DNA of 64,000 bases from a phage (GCA_014435945.1 GCA_014435945.1_4088.1); one strand, 5' to 3'. Numbered from the stretch's first letter, positions 22,546-32,628 are shown. The notes: a model not told the origin generated them from the sequence alone. Made by a program: numbers and translations.

Positions 22546-23388
22546 ATGAGCAACATTTTCTTCAAAACCATTTCCTTCAAAAAAGAATCTTACTCTTACG
22601 CTTATGTAGATGGTAAAGTACTCAATATCGTTCTAGATGGTAAAGTACTCAATATCGTTCTAGATGGTGTTGATGTGCCTGTTCAATTTACCAGTCATCA
22701 AGAAGCGATTGAGGGTGCTCAAGAGCTTAACAGCTTACTAAATGGCATTGAGAAGAAACCTGAAGTTAAATCTGACCTTGATTTATTGGTTGACAAAATT
22801 AAAAGTGGTGAACTATTATCAATTCTAGACCAGTGTAATGAAAAATTACGTGGTGTTGTTGGTGATGTACGTACTACAGTTCAAGATCGTCTACTTGAGC
22901 AAGCATTCAAAGAAGTTACTAAGAAAACTGAAGAACGTGTTGAAGGTATGATTAAAAACATTGATGACGTTCTCACTCATATGTTCACCAAGCCATACGA
23001 ATCAAGTACTGATTCTGAAGAGAAACAAGAAGAACCAGTAGAACGCACCAAGCCATCTATTGTTACTAAAGTTAAACATAGTTTTGGTTCACTGGATGAT
23101 GTATTTGGCTTTACAAATGTACGTGTTAGTACTGATGAAAAGCCAGAAGTTGATGAAATGCTAATTGGTGACATGACAACTGGTCAACTCAAAAAAGAGA
23201 TTGATACCTTTGTTAATGAACTAATTAGTTCTGAACGTGCTGAAAATATGTTTAGCAGTATTTCAGCAAACTTCGGTAAAGAAGCAACTGAGCAAGCAGT
23301 ACAGGCATTCAAAGATTTGATTTACACTGTTGCAATTGCTAATCCAGAACAAACACTGGAAGAAGTTCTACGTAAAAACTTCAAATAA
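22546..23388 (+). CDS. hypothetical acidic protein with internal tandem repeat
   Basis: 280 aa; contains DGKVLNIVL twice. Confidence 0.55.
   Translation: MSNIFFKTISFKKESYSYAYVDGKVLNIVLDGKVLNIVLDGVDVPVQFTSHQEAIEGAQELNSLLNGIEKKPEVKSDLDLLVDKIKSGELLSILDQCNEKLRGVVGDVRTTVQDRLLEQAFKEVTKKTEERVEGMIKNIDDVLTHMFTKPYESSTDSEEKQEEPVERTKPSIVTKVKHSFGSLDDVFGFTNVRVSTDEKPEVDEMLIGDMTTGQLKKEIDTFVNELISSERAENMFSSISANFGKEATEQAVQAFKDLIYTVAIANPEQTLEEVLRKNFK
22609..22662 (+). repeat. perfect in-frame 27-bp tandem duplication inside CDS
   Basis: GATGGTAAAGTACTCAATATCGTTCTA occurs twice head-to-tail. Confidence 0.85.
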
Positions 23389-23400
23389 GATATAGATAAA

Positions 23401-23431
23401 AGAAAAGCCACTACAATGTAGTGGCTTTTTT
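23401..23431. terminator. bidirectional terminator hairpin
   Basis: AAAA-GCCACTACA...TAGTGGC-TTTTTT between convergent genes. Confidence 0.65.
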
Positions 23432-23432
23432 G

Positions 23433-24590
23433 TTATGCGTTATAACCAACAATGACTACAGTACAGCCAAATGGTTCAACAACTTTTAATACAACATTAT
23501 CATCTGCATCGAGTTCAACTTCACTTAGTACAACGTGATTGTCTTCAGCATAGACTTGAACTTGTGGGAGGATTTTACCATGTTCACTAGCAGGGATTGA
23601 CAGTGTATACATGGAATCACCATCAACTACCCAATCACTATCGGTATACGTATTGTGATATGGAGTGGTGTGTAAGGTTTTACCAATAATACTCAATGAG
23701 ATTGGAGCGTCATCGGTTTGGTACACAGTGATATTACCGCTAGGATCTACAATGAGGTCTACTCCAATTTGGAATAAATCACCACTGTATGCTTGTAGAG
23801 CAAGATACTCACCACGCTCATGCACAGTAGCTGGCACAGTTGCCATATACATGCCATCGGACGTGTACTCAAACTGCGATAGAAGTACTGAAGTAACGAA
23901 GTCAATATCTTCGCCGCTTTCTAGTATATCAAATTCAATAGTTTTGGTATTATATATGTCAGAAGTGAGGATGATGGTTCCTTTACCGGATTGAGTAATT
24001 GGATCAACTGGAATACTAAAAACATCATCAATTATTTCAGTTGTGAAGTACTCGGTTCCGTCAGGAAGTATAACGGTAATACGCATTCCAGTTGTATCAA
24101 TGACTGAACCTGCGTTGAATAGGCGACCACCTACCAAATCATCACCTACGAACGTTGGGAACATAAGGATGTTGTCTATATCTCTATCTATAATCCCGCA
24201 TTCAGGGGTGTACATATTATATAGTGTTTGTGAACTACCTAGAATTGTTTTGTGCAAAAGAAACTTATAAACAAACCCAGTAGGATCTGATTCAAGTTTA
24301 GCATCTGAGTATCCTCTTACGAAAAAAGAGTTCTTTCTTATTTCACTTAGGATTTGGTCATTAGTTTTGTTGTAGTTTAATTGATATCCTTGTATATCCT
24401 TTGTTGTAATTTGTACTTTACGATAAATTACATTACTTACAGGATCAAGTAAATCATATAATCTATGGCTTCTCTGACGATAGATTCGAACATTTTTGAG
24501 TTTAGTCCCATCGTTGAGAATTGCACCATCGACTACATAACCACATTCACCGAACTTATATCGTCCAGCAGCAGCAATCGATCTTGACAT
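23433..24590 (-). CDS. hypothetical protein (isolated minus-strand gene)
   Basis: 385 aa ORF with GGAGGG RBS; convergent with flanking plus-strand genes. Confidence 0.6.
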   Translation of the reverse strand: MSRSIAAAGRYKFGECGYVVDGAILNDGTKLKNVRIYRQRSHRLYDLLDPVSNVIYRKVQITTKDIQGYQLNYNKTNDQILSEIRKNSFFVRGYSDAKLESDPTGFVYKFLLHKTILGSSQTLYNMYTPECGIIDRDIDNILMFPTFVGDDLVGGRLFNAGSVIDTTGMRITVILPDGTEYFTTEIIDDVFSIPVDPITQSGKGTIILTSDIYNTKTIEFDILESGEDIDFVTSVLLSQFEYTSDGMYMATVPATVHERGEYLALQAYSGDLFQIGVDLIVDPSGNITVYQTDDAPISLSIIGKTLHTTPYHNTYTDSDWVVDGDSMYTLSIPASEHGKILPQVQVYAEDNHVVLSEVELDADDNVVLKVVEPFGCTVVIVGYNA

Positions 24591-24706
24591 TCATCCCTCC
24601 ATTGGTATAATTATTATAATGTATTTATTATGGATAGGTAAAAAAGCACCTTGACTGAGTTGTGTTTTTGACGTATACTTAAATGGAATATCAATAAGGG
24701 GATTTT

Positions 24707-25291
24707 ATGAGTGTTGTAGAAAAGCGATTAGTACTGAAAAATGGCAAAATGACTGTTAAGCTATACAAAGATGAAGCTGATTCTTTTATGGCTAAAGCAA
24801 TTGAGAAATCTGAACGATATAAGATTCTTGCACCTGCAAGTAAATCGCCGTATGGATTTAATCACGCTCACAGTCATTTTGTAGGGATGGTATGTGAACA
24901 TGCATCATTTGTACTTTTTAATGAAATTGAAAACTATTCAGGTATTGCACTTAACATTGATCCAGCGTTCCAAAGTGATGGTCGTGATGGTGAATGTGAT
25001 ATCAAAGTAAACAACTTAAGAATTGAAGTGAAAGGCATCAAGTACAAATCGTGGACCGACTTTGGACCATGTGTTAGTACTCGACAGTTAAAAAATATAC
25101 AGAAAAAAGCTGACGTTATTCTGTGGGTATTGTATAATGAGAAAAAGCAAGAATTCACATTTGAGGGATTCAACTATGTAAAAGACATTAGTTCGATTCC
25201 AGTTGTGCTAACAGGTGTACCAGGGCGACCAATGATTGAAAATCACCCAGTACTGAGTATTATTAAACCACTTCAGGAGTTACCATTATGA
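24707..25291 (+). CDS. hypothetical protein, possible PD-(D/E)xK-type nuclease
   Basis: 194 aa; GRDGECDIKV...IEVKG resembles D-x(n)-E-x-K motif (weak). Confidence 0.45.
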   Translation: MSVVEKRLVLKNGKMTVKLYKDEADSFMAKAIEKSERYKILAPASKSPYGFNHAHSHFVGMVCEHASFVLFNEIENYSGIALNIDPAFQSDGRDGECDIKVNNLRIEVKGIKYKSWTDFGPCVSTRQLKNIQKKADVILWVLYNEKKQEFTFEGFNYVKDISSIPVVLTGVPGRPMIENHPVLSIIKPLQELPL

Positions 25292-25515
25292 TTACTGCCA
25301 CTGTATATCAAGATATTAATGAAGAATTTAATTCTAAAATTGCATTTTTATCCTTTCCCGTATTGCCAGCTATTGGTGCTACGTTGAATCTTACAATCTG
25401 TGGCTTTGAAAAATACTATGAAGTACTATATATTGAGTACTGTGCAGATGTTTATTCATGCAACAGTGAGATTGCTATTCCTGTGCAAATCGACATTATT
25501 GTAAAAGAGGTTTGA
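25288..25515 (+). CDS. hypothetical protein
   Basis: 75 aa ORF, ATGA overlap. Confidence 0.45.
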   Translation: MITATVYQDINEEFNSKIAFLSFPVLPAIGATLNLTICGFEKYYEVLYIEYCADVYSCNSEIAIPVQIDIIVKEV

Positions 25516-25976
25516 TTATGTTTAAACACTTTCTAGTAATCACTGCTGTTGTATTCAGTACTTCCTGCTTCGTTGCACCAGTACATGCGGAAGACCAGCG
25601 TCAAACAATCAAGACGATTGGAACAGGGAAAGCCCAACCAAAACGTACTGCTGAAGAATACATGCCTGAGATGCGTGAACGTTACCGCCAGCAATACCGT
25701 GAAAAACATGCTAATGATAAGCCTATCAAAAAGCATAAATGGAATGTAGTCAAATCGCCATCGTTTTGTGCTGGGTATGCTAAGGTTAAGGATGAACAGC
25801 ACAACAAGCAGTACTATAAAGATATGTACACATTCTATGATTCGAGGATCTCGGATGATGACATGATGGCTGCTAAGGTTGATAAAGAAGAATTTCTTCA
25901 GGGTTATGACATGACCGATGATGACAAGATCATGGAATGTGTTGAAGTATATGAAAAATACAGAGGTTTTGAATGA
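25512..25976 (+). CDS. secreted hypothetical protein
   Basis: N-terminal signal peptide ending VHAEDQ. Confidence 0.5.
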   Translation: MIMFKHFLVITAVVFSTSCFVAPVHAEDQRQTIKTIGTGKAQPKRTAEEYMPEMRERYRQQYREKHANDKPIKKHKWNVVKSPSFCAGYAKVKDEQHNKQYYKDMYTFYDSRISDDDMMAAKVDKEEFLQGYDMTDDDKIMECVEVYEKYRGFE

Positions 25977-26416
25977 CACTTTTGCTGATTCTAGGTTTAT
26001 TAGTGTCATATTTCATTTTTCTTAACATCTTCTCTGATGCATCACATTTTGCATATGCTTCAGCTATTGCAAAACACGAAGGGATAAAGAAGTATATTCC
26101 TGCATTGTTATTCTCATATATGTACCATCCAAGGTACTTTACACTAGGTGTGTTTGACAAGTATGTATACGACGAAAAAGCACTCAATGAAATTGAATAC
26201 TTTGTAAGAACTCATGCTAATAACAATCCAAAATCATTAATTAACTTTACTGATAATCGTAAACGTGTTAGTATTAGAAGTGACTTGTATCCTACCAGTC
26301 ACTTTCATCTAGGCGATTGTAGTGTGTACAGAGTTAGATACGAAAACTTACTGTTACCACCATCACATATAAGATACATAGAAAAATACTTGTTGAAATG
26401 TGTTGACTCCAAATAG
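25973..26416 (+). CDS. membrane-anchored hypothetical protein
   Basis: N-terminal hydrophobic helix. Confidence 0.5.
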   Translation: MTLLLILGLLVSYFIFLNIFSDASHFAYASAIAKHEGIKKYIPALLFSYMYHPRYFTLGVFDKYVYDEKALNEIEYFVRTHANNNPKSLINFTDNRKRVSIRSDLYPTSHFHLGDCSVYRVRYENLLLPPSHIRYIEKYLLKCVDSK

Positions 26417-26469
26417 TAAATGGCAGTATAATATCTTCGTACCGCAATAACTGACAAGAGGATTTAACG

Positions 26470-26928
26470 ATGGACGTATTAGCTACTCAATTCAAACGCA
26501 ACGCAGAAGAACGTGAAGGTTACCTAAGTATCAGTGAAGTGGTTGAAGATGGATTCAAGCAGTACATTTTCAACAGTGCAATTAAACTGAAGCCAACAAA
26601 AGATTCACCGGATCGCAGCTTCACCAAGTGGATTGCATTCTGGGAAGAGTCACCAATTGCAATCGAAATGACTGTCATTACTACAGTACTGGAAACTGGT
26701 TACATCAAAGCAATTGTAGTTGATAAGAAAGTTCGTACTCTTGATGAAATCGGGACATACCCAGCACGTAACTCTAAAGTATTTGGGTGTTTAGTTGATG
26801 GTAAGTTTATGATTGAAAAAGATGCTAAGAACTATGTAATTGATAAACTACAAACCAGTGCTACTAAACAGGAAGTCGTAGACCAGAACGCAGTGGATGC
26901 TATTAAAAAGGCATGGGGACTGAAATAA
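26470..26928 (+). CDS. hypothetical protein
   Basis: 152 aa ORF. Confidence 0.55.
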   Translation: MDVLATQFKRNAEEREGYLSISEVVEDGFKQYIFNSAIKLKPTKDSPDRSFTKWIAFWEESPIAIEMTVITTVLETGYIKAIVVDKKVRTLDEIGTYPARNSKVFGCLVDGKFMIEKDAKNYVIDKLQTSATKQEVVDQNAVDAIKKAWGLK

Positions 26929-27350
26929 TGTTCACACTTAGCAATGCAAAGTATCTATTTCTTATTGCTATTATTGGTTGGGTTATGGCTCCAGTGCTTA
27001 ATGCACTGGGGTTTCCAGACGGACATAAACTTGTAAATGTTTCAGGTGTAATCCAGGGCATTTCATGGTATTCATTGATTATATTTTCTATATGTATTCA
27101 TACATTTGCACGTGATTGCCGCCGTCTGTTTTTTGTTAAAGTATTCGGTACTAAGAGATATAGTTTTGTGTTTACATTTATTTTAATACCATGTATTATC
27201 TATGCTTTTGTATTTGATTACTATACTTATCTGTGGGTGTGTGGTTCTATGTTTGTTATGTTGGAATATACAAGAACTGTTCAAAACTCATATGCTGATG
27301 AGTATTATGATCTTGAAGTTAAACGAAAATTAACGGAGCTAAACAAATGA
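26928..27350 (+). CDS. integral membrane protein
   Basis: TAATG start; multiple hydrophobic helices. Confidence 0.5.
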   Translation: MFTLSNAKYLFLIAIIGWVMAPVLNALGFPDGHKLVNVSGVIQGISWYSLIIFSICIHTFARDCRRLFFVKVFGTKRYSFVFTFILIPCIIYAFVFDYYTYLWVCGSMFVMLEYTRTVQNSYADEYYDLEVKRKLTELNK

Positions 27351-27772
27351 GGGGATACAATAAGATTTGTATTTTTGTATTTTTAGTTTGTGCAATCAAT
27401 ACATTTGGATATTACTGTACTGAAAACAACATTTCATATGGTTTAAATCCTTTGTGGTTTACAATTGCCAATGTAGCACAAATTGGTATTGCTGTTATGT
27501 CTGCACTTATGTTCTGTCCAATTGTCACTATGGATACTGATCATGAAAGGCTTGGATTTATCCGTGATACTGGAGACGAACCTTACAGTAGATTGATTGT
27601 GTTGTATCCATTTATTGTTATTTTAGGTACTAACATCCAACTTGGGTCTTTATCTAATAGTGTTACTTCAGCAGCCATTACAGTCTTTGCATTCACATTT
27701 TTTATGGTACACAAATCAGTACTCAAATGGCACATCACAAAAATGGCAGAGAAAGGTACGGAAAACAGTTGA
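27347..27772 (+). CDS. integral membrane protein
   Basis: 141 aa; hydrophobic helices. Confidence 0.5.
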   Translation: MRGYNKICIFVFLVCAINTFGYYCTENNISYGLNPLWFTIANVAQIGIAVMSALMFCPIVTMDTDHERLGFIRDTGDEPYSRLIVLYPFIVILGTNIQLGSLSNSVTSAAITVFAFTFFMVHKSVLKWHITKMAEKGTENS

Positions 27773-27831
27773 CGTGAGTTATTGAGAGATATATAATTAT
27801 TACATCAAAACTGGGAAATGGTAAGGAACTT

Positions 27832-28083
27832 ATGAACATCGATAAGGTCAAAGAACTTAGTGAAGCACTAATTAAGAACGAAGAAGCTTGTGAAGAACTT
27901 CGCAGTACTATCAAAGTTGAGTACGCACGTCTTCAAGCTATGCTTCAGGAATCCGAATGGGTAGTAACTAAATCTATCGAAGCAATCTATAAGGATATCG
28001 AATCCCTTTTCAACAAGAAAAGTAAGATTGAATCTGATTCATACAATAAGCGTAAAGAATTAAATTCGGCACTCGGTATCTAA
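27832..28083 (+). CDS. hypothetical coiled-coil protein
   Basis: 83 aa. Confidence 0.5.
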   Translation: MNIDKVKELSEALIKNEEACEELRSTIKVEYARLQAMLQESEWVVTKSIEAIYKDIESLFNKKSKIESDSYNKRKELNSALGI

Positions 28084-28157
28084 AAGTATTTGACTTAACC
28101 AATGACATGGAGTACATTGTACTCCTACTTTATTCAAAAGCCTAAAAGGAAAACATT

Positions 28158-28418
28158 ATGAAATCTATTCTCGTTGCTGTAAACCTGGTTGCTTCTCCAT
28201 CTTTCAACTTCAAACAAGTTGTTGCTGATAACCTGAAGAACATTTGCCCTAACGCTGAATTGACTTTCTGTGTGTTTGATTCAGAAAAAGTAACTAAAGT
28301 TGATCTAAACTATCTTTTGAACGAAGTACAAAGTATTTCTGGTGAAAGTAATTTGGAAGTACTGAATACGGTTGCTGATGACTATGATGATACACTGGTA
28401 ATTTCGGAGAAATTCTAA
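28158..28418 (+). CDS. hypothetical protein
   Basis: 86 aa. Confidence 0.5.
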   Translation: MKSILVAVNLVASPSFNFKQVVADNLKNICPNAELTFCVFDSEKVTKVDLNYLLNEVQSISGESNLEVLNTVADDYDDTLVISEKF

Positions 28419-28423
28419 ATCCA

Positions 28424-28843
28424 ATGCTTAGATTTATACATTACTTAATCAGTAAGTTCTTTGGTTATTATACTATTGAAGGTAAAGCTACGCTTGCACA
28501 TAAAATCTTTGTAGCATTATGTGTGGGTGATTATGACGTATTGAATAAGTACTGTAAATCTAAAGCATGTATTGACATAATGGCACTTCGTATCTATGAG
28601 TGTCAGTTCAATAGATATAATTTTTACCAGTACAGATATGATAAAGATGATTTTGATAGCATTAAAATGCTAAAGAATTTATGTAATAATAAAAAGAATA
28701 TGCATATATCTGAATTTGTTGCATTGTATTTTTATTTAAAAAGTTCATTATACATGAATACACTTAAACGCTTCGATCCTGGAATTAATGTATTCAACGA
28801 TAAAGAATTTTATATCTATGATAAATTTTTAGATAAGGTTTAA
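28424..28843 (+). CDS. hypothetical protein
   Basis: 139 aa. Confidence 0.5.
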   Translation: MLRFIHYLISKFFGYYTIEGKATLAHKIFVALCVGDYDVLNKYCKSKACIDIMALRIYECQFNRYNFYQYRYDKDDFDSIKMLKNLCNNKKNMHISEFVALYFYLKSSLYMNTLKRFDPGINVFNDKEFYIYDKFLDKV

Positions 28844-28844
28844 T

Positions 28845-29342
28845 ATGACGACTGTTTATATTGATAAACGCTTGGGAGTATTACTTACTGATTCAAAAGT
28901 GACATCAACTGAGCAACGTTCATTTTTGAACCTATTCCCGTTGAAGCCAAAACTTAGTTATGGTGTAGTTTCACAAAAAACATTGTATGTACACGACCGA
29001 CTGTTTAGTGCTTGCGGTGAGGTTAGTGAAATTAACAAAGTACTGAGATACTTGATTTCACAAGAGACTGTGATACCAGACCGCAAGGCGAGTTGTCACT
29101 GTGTTCTTGTGTCAAAAGATTACATCATTCACTTAATCGTTAATAAGGGTAAGTTTACCAAGAAGATTGATTATCTCCATAATGATTATACATTCTTTAT
29201 GGGTAGTGGTGGTGAATACATGCTTGATGCAGCAGTACATGAAGAGTGTAATACTCTTCTTGATAAGGTATTTGATACCTTCATGGATGTTCATAACCAT
29301 GATATCTATACCGATGATAATATTAATGTATACCGTTTTTGA
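28845..29342 (+). CDS. hypothetical protein
   Basis: 165 aa. Confidence 0.5.
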   Translation: MTTVYIDKRLGVLLTDSKVTSTEQRSFLNLFPLKPKLSYGVVSQKTLYVHDRLFSACGEVSEINKVLRYLISQETVIPDRKASCHCVLVSKDYIIHLIVNKGKFTKKIDYLHNDYTFFMGSGGEYMLDAAVHEECNTLLDKVFDTFMDVHNHDIYTDDNINVYRF

Positions 29343-29364
29343 TTTCATTCATTAGGAGAAGTAA

Positions 29365-30330
29365 GTGAAAAAGCTTGATTTAAATGCAATTTCTGAAGAA
29401 GTACTGGATGAGTGTTTTGCTAGTGAAGAAGTCAACGTATTAGAGGCTCTTGATTCCGTCGAAGAAGAAGAACATGACGGTCACAAGTTTGAGAAACCAA
29501 AAACAGGTATCAGCTTAACTCGCCCTAAAGGGATAACGAATGAAATGCTCATCCAAGCAGTGCGTGATGGCATAGACGTTGAAAAGAACATTGACCTTTT
29601 GGTTCGCTACAACTATCCAATGGTAGTAAGTGTTGCACGTAAGTGTACATGTTTTATCCCATTTGAAGATAAGATTTCTTATGGTGTTGAAGGTTTAATG
29701 CGAGCAATTCATACGTTCGACACTACCAAAAATGTTAAGTTCATTACATATGCAACAACAACTGTGTACATGACAATCTATAACGAAAGTGCAGATGCTA
29801 ATTATCTAGTGCATTTCCCACGTTATATGAGTGTTAATAACATTTATGTGAAACGCTGTGTAGAAGAGTATCAAATGAAACATGGTAAATACCCAACTCC
29901 TGAGATGGTGTCAAAAGAGACTGGTATTGAGATTCAACACGTTAAGAATTGTCTAACTTACAATAACACTTATGTAGCATTGAATATGAAAATGAGTAAT
30001 GATTCAGAAAGTACATTATCTGACATTGTTACTTCAGTTGAACCTGATTACAACTTAGGCGTAGAAACTGTCAGTACCCCACTGGTACAAAGTATTGCAG
30101 AAATGATGAGTAACCTATCTGCCAAAGACCGTGAATTGATTGAACGTGTACATGGTATTGGTTCTTATTCTGAACCAGAAACGCTACGAGAAATCATTGA
30201 GAGTGGTTTTGAAGATGAGAAGGGTAAGGTCATGACTGCTCGTTCTTCATTGCACCGTAAGTACTCTGAAGCAATGGAACGACTGCGTAAGATGGTTAAG
30301 ACAAAAGGTTATGAGTTCGAAGATTTTTAA
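29365..30330 (+). CDS. sigma-70 family RNA polymerase sigma factor (phage-encoded)
   Basis: Region-2-like YGVEGLMRAIHTFDTTKNVKFITYATTTVYMTI; region-4-like C-terminal helix-turn-helix; GTG start after AGGAG. Confidence 0.65.
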   Translation: MKKLDLNAISEEVLDECFASEEVNVLEALDSVEEEEHDGHKFEKPKTGISLTRPKGITNEMLIQAVRDGIDVEKNIDLLVRYNYPMVVSVARKCTCFIPFEDKISYGVEGLMRAIHTFDTTKNVKFITYATTTVYMTIYNESADANYLVHFPRYMSVNNIYVKRCVEEYQMKHGKYPTPEMVSKETGIEIQHVKNCLTYNNTYVALNMKMSNDSESTLSDIVTSVEPDYNLGVETVSTPLVQSIAEMMSNLSAKDRELIERVHGIGSYSEPETLREIIESGFEDEKGKVMTARSSLHRKYSEAMERLRKMVKTKGYEFEDF

Positions 30331-30337
30331 GATTAAA

Positions 30338-30364
30338 GGGTTGACTTCTGTCAGCCCTTTTTTT
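30338..30364 (+). terminator. intrinsic terminator (cassette variant without -10)
   Basis: GGGTTGAC-TTCT-GTCAGCCC followed by TTTTTTT. Confidence 0.7.
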
Positions 30365-30898
30365 ATGGGACAAATTTATTAATGGTGATACAATGATCTA
30401 TGTACAATCACAATGACAGTACTGGTACTGACAATCTTCCCCTACTTCACTTGAAAATGTAAAGGATAGATGAGCTTTTCATTGTAGCGAACAGCAAAAG
30501 AAACCCGTTAGATGTGGGCATAGTTTGAACCCCTCACGGCAATGCGGCTGTATAAAGAACCACGTTAGGATAGCTGGTGGTTCCTCGATAGACATATAAG
30601 GATAACACCTTACGAATTATCTAAGGGAGAGTTATCGAATTTTGTACAGGAAAGTTGCGTCCAAAATTTGAGTACTCACATTAAGTATTTGATTGCATAG
30701 ATACTTAATGAAGATACACTATGTTTAAAAGTGTAGACCGTCATATGAAACTGAAGTAGAGAGAAACAGGATGACCCGCTTTCGCACTCATTATGAGTAA
30801 TCTTCAATGCAATAGCTCTGATACCATCAGCGTCAAATTCCCCTCCATGTGGGGGGAAGAAAAATCCCTTCCTCAAATCCCGTCAATATTAAAAGTCC

Positions 30899-30927
30899 TT
30901 GACAGTTATGATTCATTCGCGTAGAAT
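30899..30927 (+). promoter_or_regulatory. sigma70-like promoter
   Basis: TTGACA, 17 bp, TAGAAT. Confidence 0.5.
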
Positions 30928-30991
30928 ACGTAGTATTAGAAGCGAACAGACATCTCGAAGAGATGGATGATTAACCACTAAGGAATATCTA

Positions 30992-31201
30992 ATGAATTCA
31001 GTAATCTTTTTAATTATTGCTCTTTCACCACAATCTGGTGTACAAATCACCCCAATGAATTCAATGAATCAATGCATTGCAGTACGTGACAGTACGTATG
31101 AACAAGTAAACAGCGTTTCACTTAGAACAGTTGGTGAAGAATTAATGTGGTGTTACAATAGCAATACTAAAGAGAAACTAATTGTTGGACAAACTAAATG
31201 A
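30992..31201 (+). CDS. small secreted/membrane protein
   Basis: 69 aa; hydrophobic N-terminus. Confidence 0.45.
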   Translation: MNSVIFLIIALSPQSGVQITPMNSMNQCIAVRDSTYEQVNSVSLRTVGEELMWCYNSNTKEKLIVGQTK

Positions 31202-31425
31202 GTTATGGTGTTCGTTTTGAGATTCGTTCTATTGTTATCAATGATGAGAAACAAGCATCGTTGGATGGCGATATACGAGAACTATATCTATCATGTATCC
31301 GTGCAAAATCTGAAGCAGATGCATTATCACAAATGATTGGTTTTAATTTCTTTCATGGATACTATTTGGTACGAGTTATCGAAGTTAAAAAAGTCACTTT
31401 TGAGTGTCTTGCAGGAGAAATATAA
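31198..31425 (+). CDS. hypothetical protein
   Basis: 75 aa; ATGA overlap. Confidence 0.45.
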   Translation: MSYGVRFEIRSIVINDEKQASLDGDIRELYLSCIRAKSEADALSQMIGFNFFHGYYLVRVIEVKKVTFECLAGEI

Positions 31426-31426
31426 A

Positions 31427-32221
31427 ATGAGCACTATAGATGAATTGATTCGCCGGAATTCAAAATACTACGACCCATCAGAAATTGTTGGCAACATTAC
31501 TAAATCTGAGTTCGGCCCAAATACTCGAAAACTCATTCATGTAATGTCACGTGATGGCTTTAAATGTGATTGTTGTGGTGAATCCAATGTGGTATTCACT
31601 TTACATAAACACAGTACTAAAGACCGTTATAAATTCAGACCTTATGTACTTAAAGGGAAACGCCTTGTACGCATGACGTTAGACCATAATGTACTGGACT
31701 GTCTTCAGGGCGGTAATGATAAAGAGAACATGACTGCACTGTGTGAAGATTGTAACGCATTACGCCAGCATAAGTTCGCTGAGTACAGTGAGTTTAAACA
31801 CTGGTATCATAACGCTGATCGTTCTATCGAGCCTGACGTTAACTACTGCTTTATTGAGTATATTAAGAATGCTAAAGATACATACATTCTTAAATCAATG
31901 TCACCTATTACAGTGTTCCCTGAGAATCTATTCAGTACTATGCAGCGTGATTTTAAACGTGGTATCATGAATGCATTCAAACACTTAGACAAAGGTATCA
32001 AGCACTTTGAGGTGCAATGCTTAAATGAAGGAATGAATCGTTTAGTACAAATTTACATGAAATCATTTATAGGTGTTGACACCGCACGTCTACCAGTATA
32101 TAATTACTTCATTGAAAGCGAAGAAGGTGAATCACTTCGTGATTATGGTGAAAGATTTAATAATAAAGTTTTCACTGCAATCGCAAACGAGATTCATTAC
32201 TATAAACCGTATGTAATTTAA
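31427..32221 (+). CDS. HNH endonuclease domain protein
   Basis: CDCCGES...LDHNVLDCLQGGNDKENMTALCEDCNALRQH (zinc-knuckle HNH motif); ATG 31427 after AGGAG. Confidence 0.7.
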   Translation: MSTIDELIRRNSKYYDPSEIVGNITKSEFGPNTRKLIHVMSRDGFKCDCCGESNVVFTLHKHSTKDRYKFRPYVLKGKRLVRMTLDHNVLDCLQGGNDKENMTALCEDCNALRQHKFAEYSEFKHWYHNADRSIEPDVNYCFIEYIKNAKDTYILKSMSPITVFPENLFSTMQRDFKRGIMNAFKHLDKGIKHFEVQCLNEGMNRLVQIYMKSFIGVDTARLPVYNYFIESEEGESLRDYGERFNNKVFTAIANEIHYYKPYVI

Positions 32222-32235
32222 TTAGAGGATATATC

Positions 32236-32418
32236 ATGCAAATCATCATTCTTATCGTAGGTATCATTCTTGGTGTATATGGTCACTCCTGGATGAACGA
32301 GAAGTTTCCTAATACCCGTCCTGAGTATTGCAGTACTAATGTATTCCAGAATAGTGATAAACCAAAGGATAGTATTGGTAAGAAACTGGACAAAGTACTT
32401 GACGTAATCAACGAATAA
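32236..32418 (+). CDS. small membrane protein
   Basis: 60 aa; N-terminal TM helix. Confidence 0.45.
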   Translation: MQIIILIVGIILGVYGHSWMNEKFPNTRPEYCSTNVFQNSDKPKDSIGKKLDKVLDVINE

Positions 32419-32427
32419 GGGTAAAGT

Positions 32428-32628
32428 ATGTTTAAATCAAATTCGAATGTTGGTAAGAAGGTTCAATTACTTGAGGATGTATCCACCTTGAGTGGAATTT
32501 TCCCAAGAGGTCACATCATGACTATTATTGCCGAAACATCCCGTGGGTGGGATTTAGAAGATGCTGACGGTAATCGCATCCTTGAGGCTGGATTCTATGG
32601 TCATCGTGAATATAAAATCATTGATTAA
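32428..32628 (+). CDS. hypothetical protein
   Basis: 66 aa. Confidence 0.45.
   Translation: MFKSNSNVGKKVQLLEDVSTLSGIFPRGHIMTIIAETSRGWDLEDADGNRILEAGFYGHREYKIID

Noticed and set aside
23665-24270. Plus-strand ORFs 23665..23994 and 24043..24270 inside the minus-strand gene 23433..24590, and plus-strand ORFs 55163..55348 and 61088..61312 inside minus-strand paralogs
   Set aside because: Antisense to longer genes with RBS and terminators; Ser/Pro/Thr-rich products typical of antisense reads through Gly/Thr-rich genes.
30676-30876. Minus-strand 66-aa ORF inside the 530-bp non-coding island
   Set aside because: No RBS and a low-complexity product; the region is more consistent with non-coding function.
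30365-30898. Group I intron or retron in the non-coding island
   Set aside because: It does not interrupt a gene (the sigma gene ends with its own terminator) and I could not recognise conserved intron core elements by eye; left as an unexplained non-coding region.
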